Positions 15,049-28,569 of a stretch of 64,000 bases of DNA are shown here, piece after piece. Positions within the stretch are counted from its first letter, which is position 1; each line of letters begins with the position of its first letter. Position numbers and translations under genes: made by a program. The notes beneath the pieces are model-generated. The model was given only the letters and a program-made list of their open reading frames with translations, had not been told where the DNA came from and searched no databases. The stretch is from Octopus vulgaris. Taxonomy: Eukaryota. Location: positions 46,004,001 to 46,068,000 of the forward strand of contig OX597832.1 of assembly GCA_951406725.2 (NCBI GenBank). Reading direction: 5' to 3'.

Positions 15049-15082
15049 CTTTGCGTCTCGGGCTTAACTCTTCATCAGAAAG
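15049..15082 (-). ncRNA. Degenerate minimal hammerhead (same cassette type as 58561)
   Basis: Minus strand: TTT CTGATGA A GAGT TAA GCCC GAGA CG CA AAG; core CTGATGA intact but GAAA->GAGA and U16.1->C. Confidence 0.45.
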
Positions 15083-17015
15083 GAAAACATACTCACACTT
15101 GTGCGAAACGACGAAGAAAGAACCATAACGTATATACATTTATAATCCCTGACATTTTTCCTCCCTCCTAATGTATGTGTTTATATTTTTTTGTCTTATA
15201 CTCACATGAATTAGTAGAACAGGTATCTGCGTGCCTGCACGCCTTCCAGTCTCTTTGTCTCTTTTAATTTCCTTCCAATTAACGCCAACATCTTTTATAA
15301 TTTCGTAATAATAAAACAGTAAGCCCGAGGATTTGTTATTGATTAAATCGGAAGTGTTTCTAACATAAAAACAAAATTTTATATTTTCCTGTCACTTTCC
15401 GTTTTTCTTATTCCTCCAATTTTTTTCGTGTTGGTTCTGGCTGTTTTATCGGTTCTAATATTTTTTCCCATTATTTTTCATTGAACTTTGCCGGAAAAAG
15501 TAAATTAAATTTGAACTTGGATAATCGAAATAATGAGTCAGGAAATGTAAACCGAATAAATAAATAAATAAATAAAAAATAGATTAACATGAAAATCTGC
15601 AGCATACAAAATAATAAACCCCAAACAAAATTGAATAAAAGACCTCGATGTAAAAAATTTGAAATTAACGAGAAAATTTATTATTCTTATAAAAGTGCAA
15701 CATATTGACAACTCGGAATATATTGTGAAAGAGGACATAAGACTTAGTCAAAGCATGAAACTGAGGAACAGAGAGAAAGAGAGAGAGAGAGAAAGAGAGA
15801 GAGAGAGTGAGAGAGAGAGTGACAGAGAGAGAGAGAAAGGAAAGAAGCAGAAAGGAAGAACAACATGATATATTGTGACGTAGTTTCGTCTTTGAGAGTA
15901 AGAACTCTCGAGATAACTTCCATGGAAACTGAGTTCGATAGCTTAACACTATTGAACTTAAACAAGAAATATGAGTTCTACATTTTCCTCATTTTGTTTT
16001 TGTGACTGATTCGTCATTACCATCATTTTCCCGATCTTTCTTTGTATGAAAAGAATGGCGAGGGACTTTCCTTCGCAACAATAAAGTCTAGATTTCAATT
16101 CCATTTTGTAGCATGTTGGGATTGAACCCGATACCTCATTCTAATTATCTATAGCATCGTGTTGTACCATTTCTTGTAAGTGCAACTGCATCGTGGTGTG
16201 CAATTTCGAGAGTAATTGCACCGTTTTGCACAGTTGCCCATATCTGATACAAAATGCGCATCCTTATCGCATACTGACTCACGCTGTATATGCCAGAGAA
16301 TTGCATTAAGTGTATACGTGCCTGTGCCATGGCATGTTCGATCAGTTGCAGATTAATTCAAAACCTGTAGGTTCAGTCGATCATCGTTAAAACACGAACA
16401 TCCACTCTTTTGCCATACCTTGTCAAATCTTTGGAAGTGTGATGCGTTGAATGCACCCGAAAGAAACCTATGGAAAAATATTATTTCACATCGAAGTTAC
16501 GAAGAGGCCTTTTACGAAATATTTACCATATATTTAAAGTCATTCTCAACGTATATTTAAAATATGCCAAAAATAATTTTTCCAATGATATTCACTTGAA
16601 AATAATTTTGAAAATATTAAAATATTGTCTGTTTAAAAAAAGCTTCAATATAAATACTTACTGTACACACAACTTACATTTTTGAAATCACATTCACGTA
16701 AAAATGTTTCTAAACGATAAAAATATTTTGTTTAACAAAACCGAAAATAGAAGCATTTACTCTGAAAAACAACCTGTATCTTTTCGTTGGAAAATAGTCA
16801 CTAATGTGTCTAATCGAAATGTTGGAGTTTCTTTCCTTTCAGGTTTAACTTATTTTCGGAGTATTTTCCCATTATGAACCGTGTTGGGTATTTATACCAC
16901 CAAACCCCTAATATCTCAAGAGTTACTTGTCCGATGCACGCGAAACTTGTTCTATTCTCTTTGTATTTACATTTCAGGGGAACCTAATTCATAGTTATTG
17001 AAAGAAGAAAGCAGA

Positions 17016-17060
17016 GGACCACTGATGAGGTCACAGGAGAGTGACGAAAGAACTCTGGCC
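17016..17060 (+). ncRNA. Type I hammerhead ribozyme with an extra nucleotide after A9
   Basis: GGACCA CTGATGA G GTCAC AGGAGA GTGAC GAAA GAAC TC TGGCC; perfect 5-bp stem II; stem I CCA/TGG plus GG/CC around a bulge; CUC site. Confidence 0.75.
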
Positions 17061-17289
17061 GAAATAAGATTAATATTAATGTAAAAAATGAGTAACGCTG
17101 AAGCAAAGTAACACCAAATATATAGTGCGTGTGTTTTTATTGGCTAAACTGGCAAAATGACCATTCCTAAATACAACAATATCTGTTTCAACACACGATT
17201 TACATAAAAAATCTTGCAAAACAAATTATTTCATAGTATTTTCCCCATTATGCACCAGTTTGGCTGAGTAACATTGCAAGCAAGCAAGA

Positions 17290-17422
17290 TTCGAACTTCC
17301 CTTTTAATGTATTATTGATAAATGCAAACCAACGCCATAAAGGAATCGACGTAAGCTTAAATAATAATCCGCGATAGATGAACCGCGATGTGTGCACCGC
17401 GATATGGCGAGGGAGTACTGTA
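17290..17422. mobile_element. Single terminus of a putative Tc1/pogo(Tigger)-type DNA transposon or MITE
   Basis: Ends '...ccgcgatatggcgagggagtactg|ta'; the reverse complement TA|CAGTACTCCCTCG resembles pogo/Tigger-type TIRs; partner TIR not found. Confidence 0.4.
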
Positions 17423-18589
17423 TTTTGTAACTTTAGTAAGTTTTAATAAAGGCATAACATTAAATATGATTTTTGAAAATGGAAGCATACTGAACCTAGA
17501 AAGGAGACAGACAAAGTTAAGCTAGTAGGATTTGAACTCGGAAAAGCAGAAACTTACAACGAAATGCTACAAGACAATTTAATTGTAATTCTAAAGATTC
17601 TGTCATCCACTTAGTACTCAAAATTGGAAACATTATTAATTAATAGTCGTTTGTCAGTGAGTTGCTTCGGGGCGTTTTGTTTACGACTGCATCGTGGACT
17701 TATTTAATTATATTTGATTTATGCTCTCTAATAATAATTAAACAAAAACAAAACAAAAATAAATATACAGAAGAGAAACCAAAATTAAATTTGAGCAAAT
17801 AATTTGTTTTTCACTAATGTTTGGCGAAATAAAATTAAAAGTGTGTATATTATGTGGGAGGTTTTATATGTTTAAACATTCTGGAAATCGCATTAGGTTT
17901 GAGGAGAGCCGTTAATAATTATTTTGACACTGCGAGGATGAGCAAACAATAAATAGATAAATAAATACTAAAAGAATGAGTGTAAGAACTGTTTATGAAT
18001 GAAGCACGCTTATTCGTTATCAATAAAAAAAAAAGGAATATGTATTTGATGCAAAATACGTCTTGCGGAACATCTATACATTAGAGAAAAAACATACTAT
18101 GAAGATGATTAAGTCTTCTCAATTATTTTAATATGCATTAATATGTATAGTATGTATATGTTTGATATGTATAAGCTTATGAAATTTATAAGCAGATACA
18201 TTTTGTATGAGCAGTACCAAGCTGTAGCAATGCTAAACAATAGTCCTGAAACAAATGTGCTTTACTGAGAATTTTTGTTAAATCAGCATATGTTGTTGTC
18301 GTCCGATTCCTCCTCCTCCTCCTCCTCCTCCTCCTCCTCCACCACCACCACGACCACCAACATCATCATCATCGTTTTAATGTCCGCTTATCCATGCTTG
18401 CATGGGTTGAGCAGAGATTAATGAAGTAGATATTCTACGTTTGGATGCACTTCCTGTTGCCAAGCCTTGCATTACTAGACGTGTTTTCGCAGAATGTAAG
18501 AAATGAATATCGCTATTTCATTTTAAACAATTCCTCTCATTACAACTATCAAGATATATCAAGTCACGAAGACACAAGCATGCACATAC

Positions 18590-18800
18590 ACCCTCATGCA
18601 TACACACATACAAGCTAGATCGTATATTCGACAGGCTTCATTCAGTTTCCACCAGCAAAATCTACTCATAAACCACTGGCCTCTCGTGGCCTATTTAAGA
18701 AAAAAAAAAAACAGTCGATCAAAGTGCTACGCAGTGAAACCGAACGCGAATGTTAGGGATTGAGAAGCAAACTTCTTAACTACACAGCCACCCCTACTCC
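18590..18800 (-). mobile_element. Old diverged SINE family B copy
   Basis: 'cgacaggcttcattcagtttcc...ctactcataaac...gcaaacttcttaactacacagcc' aligns loosely with 56700-56860. Confidence 0.55.
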
Positions 18801-21387
18801 CATTCCTGAATATTCTTTCAGAGAGTATTTTGACGCGGTGCAATGAATTAACTGTGGATATATTTTATTTATCGGTTTTCGGGAAGAGAAGCATTGCACG
18901 GGTTTAGATGTTTGATCTATGGCTCTTTCTGACTATTCTAATAATTGACTTGATATTCAAAGTGTGACAAAACTATACGACTCATTAAAATGTTTTTTGT
19001 CAGTAATTTTAGAGAAAAATATAGTGAATTAGACGTATTTAATCGCGTGCAGAGCCACGTGAAAGAAAGCAGATAAAACAATGGGTTTCTGAAATTCGAA
19101 ACATAACGGTTCAAGGCATTTATCTCCTTGATTTATGACCAATAAACATACAGTGACATCGAAATTAATTTGTATATTAATTATGTTTAGATGCAATAAT
19201 AAATGGAAGTGTAATTCAGAAGGATTTGCATGGCGATTTTGGATTAATGGGTGAAATAATTTATTGAATTCAATTATAGAAGACACATTGACAAGCATGG
19301 AAAAATAACGACTTCTTGTTAATGTGTAATCACATTACATAAATCAAAGTTTCTCGTTAGTTTTTAAGCCTGATTACCTGTTCCGATGTAGATAAAACAC
19401 GTGATTCTTGTGAAGGAGAACCATACTTTTTACAATCTTCTTTGGTCGTTATTTACATATAATAATAGCTAACACGTTATTTATAAGAAACTACAAATAT
19501 TTTAAAGGCTACCAGAAGGACCATGATTAAGTCGCAAAATTAGTGTAATTTTTACTATGCCTTAAAATCTTTTTTCCAGTTCAAATTACAAGGCCGGTTT
19601 TATACTTCACACAAAATTGCTTGGTGAACTATTTAGTATATCACTTATTTCTGAATTATTTAGTGCCCATAACGTCAATTTTTATTTCATCTTTCTCTAG
19701 TATTGGGCAAGTGGTGAATATTACACTGAGCAAATTAAAGCGGGAACAATTTACATCGGTGACAACTCTTTTAAATCTAGATTTACCAAGGCTTTGATAA
19801 TTTTCTTTTTCTTATTGACCGACAGAAGGCACAATTAATTAAATAGTATATACTCCATTCCCGAAAAAAAAAAGACAAGTCGGAGCTATCATTAATTCAC
19901 TGAGTCACTATCAATATTAAGTTAGTATACTGCGGGGGTATATGCCATTATATCAAACGTGACCTTTTTAATCTCGAATCCAGTTATATCTTATGAATAT
20001 TATATGAGGTTTAATATTGTATGTAATTTTTATATCATATATAATATATGAGGGATATAATTGCTTACAATTTTTATTCCTAAACATTTTATATGCTACA
20101 CGCAACAAAAGAGATTCATGATGCCTTTTTGTTATTAACACCGTAATATCAATCCAAGGCAAAGAGATTGAGAGCTGTATGAGATCTGTGGAATCGTCAT
20201 TTACTAACACGTGATAAACGTTGCTTCTGTCATATTATGACCACTAAGAACCATGACATAAAAAAAAACATAGCTCGTTCATTTTCATAAGTAAAGAAGA
20301 GTTCGAGAAGATCAATAGTTTGCAAAGCTTGTGAAGAATATAGTTGGTTATACAGATATGAGTAAGACTCTAAAGAAAGTAATCTACGTTGGGGTTTATT
20401 AGATTTTTCGGGAACCAAATTTCCTAGCTTGTTATTTATCGTGCTTAGAATATTAAAACGGCTTCTGCAGAATATTCGCAATTTATGTGGGAATCATTAT
20501 TCAGTATAAAGCAAGTGAACAAAGAAAAATAAAGCGTTACCTAAGCTTTATATTGATATGTATGGGAAAGGAATAGATATATCGATGGAATTATGGTTGG
20601 ATGAAGCAAGGAATGGTTGGCTGGACACTTCTATAATTCAGCTTTGCTAAGAAAGCGTAACAAATATTGTATACCGCCTAATTAAAGAGAGAGATCAAAT
20701 GAACATTTATTGCAGGGGTTTATTGGAAGTCAGGATTAATGAGGCTCTTTTCCAAACGTCAAGTGGAATAAATAATAAAGATAATATGAAAGCCATTCTA
20801 AAAACAAGAAAAACCTGAAAAATAAAACAATAAATAAATAAATAAGTAAATAAAAACCTCAACACCAACTCGAATCGAAAACAGAAAATAAACAAGCAAA
20901 TGGGGAATGTAATGAAAGCTTGACGTAGATAAATTTCTGCTATGATCAAGGAGAAAAGATACAGTAAATGAGTAGCGAAGCCGATAATAATTTTTACCTT
21001 TTGGTTAGCCATGATAAATGAACGACGCAGCGCGTAAAAAAAGTTTAAAAAGCTGCAATCCAACCAAACATAATGAAGCTTAGCTTGCTTAAATATCATT
21101 AAAAGGCAATAGGATTAAGTGATGTGGAAATATATATTCATATATATTTTTTGTGGGGAGAGGGGGGGAGTTACTGATATGATAAAAATAAACACAAGTG
21201 CAGAATGAATTGTAAACTCATACACGAATATATATACAAACAAATCACCGTTTAGGCATATGAGTATTAATACAATATACCTTTATACACACATATATAT
21301 ATATGTATACATATATATATATACATATATATGTATAAATATATACATCTCTAAAGTTATATACATACATATGTATATATATAAACA

Positions 21388-21445
<58 letters not shown>

Positions 21446-21791
21446 GTATATGTGTGTGTATACATATGCATATATATATATATATGCATCTAACAATTGG
21501 CGGTATATTCTTAAGGCTTTCTGTAAGATATCATTTAAAAAATATTTTATGCACACCTTATCTATCTATCTATCTATCTATCTGTCGATTTACGTATGAA
21601 TATATTGTATATTTATGAGTACACACACGCACACACCCACATAACCACACACTCACATACACTCATAGACACACTCTCTCTCACACACACTCTTGTGTGT
21701 TTTATGGTGGGTGAAATTATAACTATGTGACAATTACTTAATTCTACACAATGGCACTCCAGCTCATTCGATATTACAGTCACATATATCA

Positions 21792-21852
<61 letters not shown>

Positions 21853-21931
21853 CATCTATATGCATCTTCTTATATACATATATTAAGAAATATAATCATA
21901 TGTGTGCCGTTCCATTTATTAATATATATAC

Positions 21932-21976
<45 letters not shown>

Positions 21977-21991
21977 CACACATTCATTCAT

Positions 21992-22083
<92 letters not shown>

Positions 22084-22284
22084 TTATGTGTTTATATATT
22101 ACACGAATTGAATAGTACAATATTCCACTTTATGTATTTTGTGATATTTAAGCGTCAGTCCTGTGAATGGAAGTTGCTTTGAAATAAATTATAAGTTCTT
22201 AGGCAGGTAAACATTCTCTCACACAGAGATGCACACACCACCCACACACATAATATGCACAAATTTATTATTTCGTACACATGT

Positions 22285-22670
22285 AGGCGCAGGAATAATG
22301 TGTAAGTAGCTTGCTTACTAACCCTATGGTTCCGGGTTCAGTCCCACTGCGTAGCAACCTGAGCAAGTGTTTTCTACTATAGCCTCGGGCCGACCAAAGC
22401 CTTGTGAGTGGATTTGGTAGACGAAAACTGAAAGAAGCCCGTCGTATATATGTAGGTATGTATGTGTGTGTATATGTGTGTGTATATGTGCTTGTTCCTC
22501 TAACATCACTTGACAACCAATGCTCGTGTGTTTACGTCCCCTAACTTAGATAAAAGAAAAAGATAAAATAAGTACTAGGCTTACAAAGAATAAGTCCTGG
22601 GTTCGATCTGCTCGACTAAAGGCGGTACTCCAGCATGGCCGCAGTCGAATAACTGAAGCAAGTAAAAGAA
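22285..22670 (+). mobile_element. SINE family B, near full length
   Basis: 'ggcgcaggaa...ggttccgggttcagtcccactgcg...gccttgtgagtggatttggtagacg...ccagcatggccgcagtc'. Confidence 0.85.
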
Positions 22671-22694
22671 AAAAATAAGAAACAAAAAGAATGT

Positions 22695-22746
<52 letters not shown>

Positions 22747-23420
22747 CATGTATGTATTTTTATGAACACACTCATACACAGATACACACACACAGACATA
22801 TGCTTGTGTTTGTATATGTATGATGTATACTTAAGCAGGCACATGCGTGTGTGTAAAGATGTATGTATATGCACACACGTTTGTGTGTGTATGTTTGTGT
22901 ATAATATATGACTGTCTGTGCTTGCGCATTGTGCCTATGTGTGCATATATTAACGTCTCATTCATATAATTCCATAAGTTTGCATCCATACCGGAATACA
23001 AATTTTCTTAACGTTTGATGTCAATGGATTCTATGGGAAATCATCATTTAATGTAGTTACGTGTGTGTACGTATGTTTGTGTGGATGTGTGAGTATATGT
23101 GCCAGCGTATCTGTGTGTTTGTTTTTTTTATGTGGCTGTGTGCATTTGTGCATATATGTGTTCGTGTGTGTGCATCTTCGTGTGTATGTGTGTGTGTTTG
23201 TCTCTTTTGCATTTCTTGTTTCTATTCACCTGATTCCAGATTCTGATATATATACACGTTAAAAAAGACAGGTGTCAATAGACTGTTAGATATGTGCGAT
23301 GTCGTGCTTGAAGAGAATATTTGCACAAGAAAAAAAACATAATAACCAGATACTGGTGTAATAAAACCTGCTCTTCAAAATATATTCGTAGAACTGTGTG
23401 GTGCATTGTTTATTTGCATA

Positions 23421-23473
<53 letters not shown>

Positions 23474-23823
23474 ATTCTCTTTTTTATTATTTTTTTTGTT
23501 TCGTTATTGATTTATATCTTAATATCTTATTTACCTACTCTGGTAGATTTAGAACAATACAGCGAAAGGAGAGATCAAATTATCGTTTCACGATTCAATA
23601 TTATGAAATGATAAATGAATTCAATAAAACCGAAGATGAAAATGGACAGTTAATATTTAATATAAGATAAAAAGAAATGCAAACAAACATAATCTACATA
23701 AACGATTACTCTGCTCATATAAAAGGCGGCAAATGTTCCTGATGAATGTTACTGATGAATAGATGCAATTATTTATCTAAATTATATGTAAACTAAGAGC
23801 TTTGCATATGCATATGTATGTAT

Positions 23824-23857
<34 letters not shown>

Positions 23858-23862
<5 letters not shown>

Positions 23863-23909
23863 TCGTGCTGATAACGCGAATGTCGTGGGTTCGTGCCCCA
23901 TACTGGCCA
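23858..23909 (+). pseudogene. 5'-truncated tRNA-Ile-like sequence (anticodon GAT) inside a (TA)n tract
   Basis: Anticodon arm TCGTG-CT GAT AA-CGCGA, T arm GTGGG-TTCGTGC-CCCAT, 3' acceptor strand ACTGGCC-A as in eukaryotic tRNA-Ile; D arm and 5' acceptor strand are missing. Confidence 0.7.
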
Positions 23910-23943
23910 ATGTATATATATATATATATATATGCATATATAC

Positions 23944-23999
<56 letters not shown>

Positions 24000-24006
<7 letters not shown>

Positions 24007-24180
24007 AGATGTACTTGCATAGCAAGTGACCTGATCTGAGTCGTGTGCTGCAACGAAAGCAATTGCAGCGTGGAAGTTGTTTATAAGCCATTTAAGAAAC
24101 ACACGAAAACCATTCAACATTTAAATTTAAGTTGCGAAAACATTTTCGTCGCTTTGCGACCGCAACCTGTTCATAAATTA
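24000..24180 (-). mobile_element. Repeat family E (PLE pLTR-like cassette), diverged inverted homolog of 58190-58395
   Basis: Shared blocks 'gtacttgcatagcaagt', 'caattgcagcgtggaag', 'tataagccatttaagaaacacac', 'ttttcgtcgct'; carries a damaged HHR at ~24131-24174 (minus). Confidence 0.75.
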
Positions 24181-24582
24181 ATCGTTTATTCCATTTGTAT
24201 CTCATTTTCATCTGTCTGTGTCTGTGCGTGTGTTTGTATTCATATATGTCATTTAGAGATAGCAGTCCCCATGCAATTCATCAAATCCTAATATACATCA
24301 CACCATATCATAGAATTTTATTTTAATACTTACTATTTCCCTTCCAAATTTCTCTTCTACACATGTTTCATGAGGTGCGTTTAACGTTCTCGAGACCCTC
24401 AGTCTTTTTCATAACTTATCAATAATTCTATAACTATTCCTATATTTTCACATTTTGTCAGTTACGAATGTAACTAACAAACATGCGGGTGTGGAAATAA
24501 ATTCGCCGAACCTTGCCGTGCAAGCCATAATTTAATTGATTAAAAATTTAAAACTAAAATCAATCGTGACTTATGTATATAT

Positions 24583-24980
24583 GGGCTCAGGTGTGGCTGT
24601 GTGGTAAGAACCTTCCTTCCCATCTACATGGTCCTAAGTTCAATGTCTCTTCTATTATAGACAGGAGGCAACCAAAACCTCGTGAGTGGATTTGGTAAAG
24701 TGAACCTAACAAAAGCACCTCACAATTTGTATATATATGTATGTATATTTATGTGTGTGTATCTTTATGTCTGTGTTTGCCGCTCCATCACCGCTTGGCA
24801 ACCGGTCTTGAGGTGTTTACATCACAATAGCTTTGTGGTTCGGTAAAAAAAAAAGGCTAATAGAATAAGTGTTATGCCTGAAAATGAGACCTGTTGTCGA
24901 TTTGTTCGACTAAAACCATTCAAGGCAGTGCTCCAGCATGGCCACAGTCAAATGACTGAAACAAGTAAAAGAGTAAAAGA
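24583..24980 (+). mobile_element. Diverged SINE family B copy
   Basis: 'gtggctgtgtggtaag...gtgagtggatttggta...ctccagcatggccacagtcaaatgactgaaacaagtaaaag'. Confidence 0.75.
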
Positions 24981-24985
24981 ATACA

Positions 24986-25055
<70 letters not shown>

Positions 25056-25604
25056 TGAAAATGAGATGACAATGGGATAAACGATTATTTTATGAACTTC
25101 AGTAGGCTATAGCTCTTTCCGTCTATAAATGCAGTGGACTTATAGCCTGATTACACATTACATTAAGTTCTACTGACTCATCTCGCTAATTTGGCCCCCA
25201 TCTGTATATTATCATGCACGCACTCACACATACACATACACACACATACACATCATCATCATCATTGTTCGACCGTGGTCGAGACTTTCATAGTCTTTTC
25301 AAATGGCTAATAATGTGTGCGCGCGCCACTACTACACACATTGGAAAGTATTGTACAACCAAGTACTAAAGAAGATCTTTCCTCCCCCATGAAACAAAGC
25401 TGTTCCCGCTGGACGTCAACCCAGTATTTCTAAGCTACGGACCCAGTGATTTATTGTAAGGTTATCTCCCTAGATAGATTGCCTTCACTACGGCTAAGGA
25501 GCCCTTTCTACCCCATACACATACACATACATGCATACATACACACAGACATATATATGTATATATATATATATACAAATGTATGTATATATGTGTGTGT
25601 ATGT

Positions 25605-25860
25605 GTGCTGAGGAGTGTGCGTTAGTGGTTAGAATGTTGGACTCATGATCGTAAGTTTGCGGTTTCGATTCCTGGACTAGGTGGGGCGTTGTGTTCTTGA
25701 AAAAAACACTTCATTCGTCATTACACCAGTTCACTCAGCTTGCGAAAATGAGTAATCCTGCGATGAACTGGCGTACTGTCCAGGCGGGGAAAATATACAT
25801 CATAGAAACCGGAAAACCAGAGAACCAGCCATCATGCGCCAGGCATGACTCGAGAAAGAA
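25605..25860 (+). mobile_element. tRNA-derived SINE related to family C
   Basis: 'gttagtggttagaatgttggactcatgatcgtaagtttgcggtttcgattcctgga...gtgttcttga'; homologous to 41815-42065. Confidence 0.7.
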
Positions 25861-26235
25861 TCATTATATATATATTGATTCATATATGTATATGTGTGTA
25901 TGTAAGTTTGTATGTGTAGGTATGCATACATATATATAATTCTTACGGTGTATATATCTCTGTTATTGCACTGTGGTTGTGTTGAGGCACCGCCTCGGAG
26001 AATTTTTAGTCAAATTAATCGATCCCAGCACCTTTTTAACCCTTGTACTTTTCTATCGATCAGTTTTACCGAAACGCTAAGTCACAGGGAGGTAAACGCT
26101 CTAAAATCAGTCGTTAAATGTCAGTTGAAATGGGGAGGGGTCGCTCGGCGAACACACGCGCACGCATTTATATATATATATAGGAAATTAAAAAATGAAA
26201 ATACGCACACTTACATGGTTTTAATATAATTTTTA

Positions 26236-26274
26236 ATATATCGACCGGTTTCGCTATCGCTATTCATGATATAT
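26236..26274 (-). ncRNA. Minimal type I hammerhead, A3-U8 covariant core
   Basis: Minus strand: ATATATC ATGAATA GC GATA GC GAAA CCGG TC GATATAT; 7-bp stem I, 2-bp stem II, palindromic stem III ACCGGT, GUC site. Confidence 0.75.
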
Positions 26275-26660
26275 ATATATATGTGTGTGTGTGTGTAGTA
26301 TGTATGTTTCTATGATGTAAATATACATATGGGTGTATTTATCTATAGATAGCAAGATAGGTAATGATGCATATATGCAAATAAACACGACTGAGGTCGA
26401 TATCTAAAATACATATACATATTTGTAAATATATAAGGAGATATCTACGGAGAAATAAAAGATTAGTATATTCAGGTTTTGCGGGTTCGAATCTCGGGTT
26501 CGGTCGACCGAAGCAATAGTGGAAGGCACCTGTCCAGTGTGTTACATTGAATCCCAATTTCAATTTCGTCAACGGTTCGTGTGTCATTGCATTGCCCAGC
26601 AGCTACTTACAATTTAACTGCACAAAAATGTTGTTCCATTGTACAGACACACACACACAA

Positions 26661-26711
<51 letters not shown>

Positions 26712-26752
26712 CACATACATGCGTAAATTATATGTTTATATGTATGTGTCCG

Positions 26753-26803
<51 letters not shown>

Positions 26804-26874
26804 CGAGAGACAGACAGAGATAGATATACAAATATATTTATACACATACACACACATAGGAAGGATATTTCGTG

Positions 26875-26923
<49 letters not shown>

Positions 26924-26962
26924 TAATATAACAATGTAAAAATATAATATTATATATCCATT

Positions 26963-26993
<31 letters not shown>

Positions 26994-27706
26994 CTATCTA
27001 TCTATACATACATCTCTCTTCTCTCTATATACATACATGTACGTATATACATACATGTATATAAATCATACCACAGGAGAAAGAACCCGTTCCTATGCAG
27101 ATGATCGTAAAATTGTAAATCGGTTCTGAAAGAGGTAATGAAATAATACTAGCACGAATATCTCACTGAGATAATGGTCTGCTATTTAAATAATATATGT
27201 CATTAATGGAATTTACGTATCCGCAAAACTTTGACGCAGAGAGGTCAATACACACACGCAAAAAAAAACAAAAACAAAAAAAGAAAACAATTGCTTCTTT
27301 CAAGAGAGAGAAAAGTGGGCCTTTTAGAGGTTAAGTATAAAGGTCCTAAGTCGCTTTAATAAAGATCATAAAGGGTAGGAAGTTTTCTATTAAAATAACT
27401 GTTTTAAAGATCGAAAGCAAACTCAGCCTCTACAAGGGAGAAAAGTAAACCATGTCAGAAATGCAAAAGGGAAAACCATATGGCTGGTCTTGGAGGGTGA
27501 AGCACCTACCATTCCGGTTTAAAGGTATACCAATTCCCCAAATGGATGCCACTGCCTTGAGAAAAATCTCTCACACACTCTATATAGAGTACAGATACAA
27601 AGCTATATCAGTTAGGGTCAGATAACCATAATTTTCTGATTACTTGCCAAATATCACGTGGGAATCTTTAATGACCCTACCACGTATATATATATATATA
27701 TATATT

Positions 27707-27738
27707 TATTTTATAGAAGGAGCTCCTTCTATAAAATA
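27707..27738. repeat. Perfect 32-bp palindrome
   Basis: TATTTTATAGAAGGAG|CTCCTTCTATAAAATA, next to (TA)n. Confidence 0.9.
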
Positions 27739-27801
27739 TAATTTACTCTGCTATGTATTGTATTATTTATGTGGTTAACCCCGACTCAACCCGGGACCTA
27801 C

Positions 27802-27852
<51 letters not shown>

Positions 27853-28308
27853 GCACCATCTGTGTGTGCATATATGTTCATATGTGTACATAAAACTATA
27901 TAAATATGTATATGTATATATTATCTATATATCTATGTGTATATATATATATATATACACACACACAGAACTCACATATATAGATGAAAATATGTGTGCG
28001 TGTGTGTGTCGTTGTGTCTCTGTTTCTCCCTTAGCTTCGCCTGTCAACCGTAGCCTAGCGCTTCAGCAAAAAGGCACCGATAGAATATTTAACGGATTTA
28101 AAAAAAAATATGTACTGGTGTCGATTCATTCGACTAATGCTTCCCTAAGGTGGTACGCCTGTATGGCTGCAGGCTAACGACTGAAAGAGGTAAAAGATAA
28201 AAGTTAAAAGATCTGTGTATATATAGCTGAAATTTACAGAAAGACGAAGGCAAGTGTATGAACAACAAACAGGTGTATTAGTTTAACGCTAGGGAAAGTG
28301 AGAAGGTA

Positions 28309-28342
28309 TTTTACATTTCGAGCCTACGCTCTTCAACAGAAA
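28309..28342 (-). ncRNA. Degenerate minimal hammerhead (homolog of 58561)
   Basis: Minus strand: TTT CTGTTGA A GAGC GTAG GCTC GAAA TG TA AAA; A6->U; flanks homologous to 58490-58620. Confidence 0.5.
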
Positions 28343-28437
28343 GGAATAAGAGAAATTAAACAGAGAGAGAATAAAAATAAAGAAAACTTGTAGATTTAGT
28401 GACCAAGCATGGCAGCTGGTTGGGAGTAAAAAGGTTT

Positions 28438-28569
28438 GACAGGAGAGCTAGAAGGGCGGGGACATTGGAAGACAGGAACGCTAGACAGACGGGAACATTG
28501 GAAGACAGGAATGCTAGACAGACGGGGACATTGGAAGACAGGAAAGCTGGAAAGACGAGGAAGTATTGG
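28438..28569. repeat. 33-bp minisatellite, ~4 units
   Basis: 'gacaggaa(c/t)gctagacagacggg(a/g)acattggaa' units start at 28438, 28471, 28504 and 28537. Confidence 0.85.

Noticed and set aside
16470-16685. ORF upstream of the 17016 hammerhead as a Penelope GIY-YIG remnant
   Set aside because: No RT or GIY-YIG motif recognisable by eye; a profile search would be needed.
24025-24075. 'CTGATCTGA...GAAA GCAATTGC AG' as a hammerhead
   Set aside because: No U-H after the palindrome and no convincing stem I or II; the family's real HHR is on the other strand (58203).
28438-28569. 33-bp repeats as a possible CRISPR array
   Set aside because: Units are directly adjacent with no unique spacers; eukaryotic context and no cas genes.
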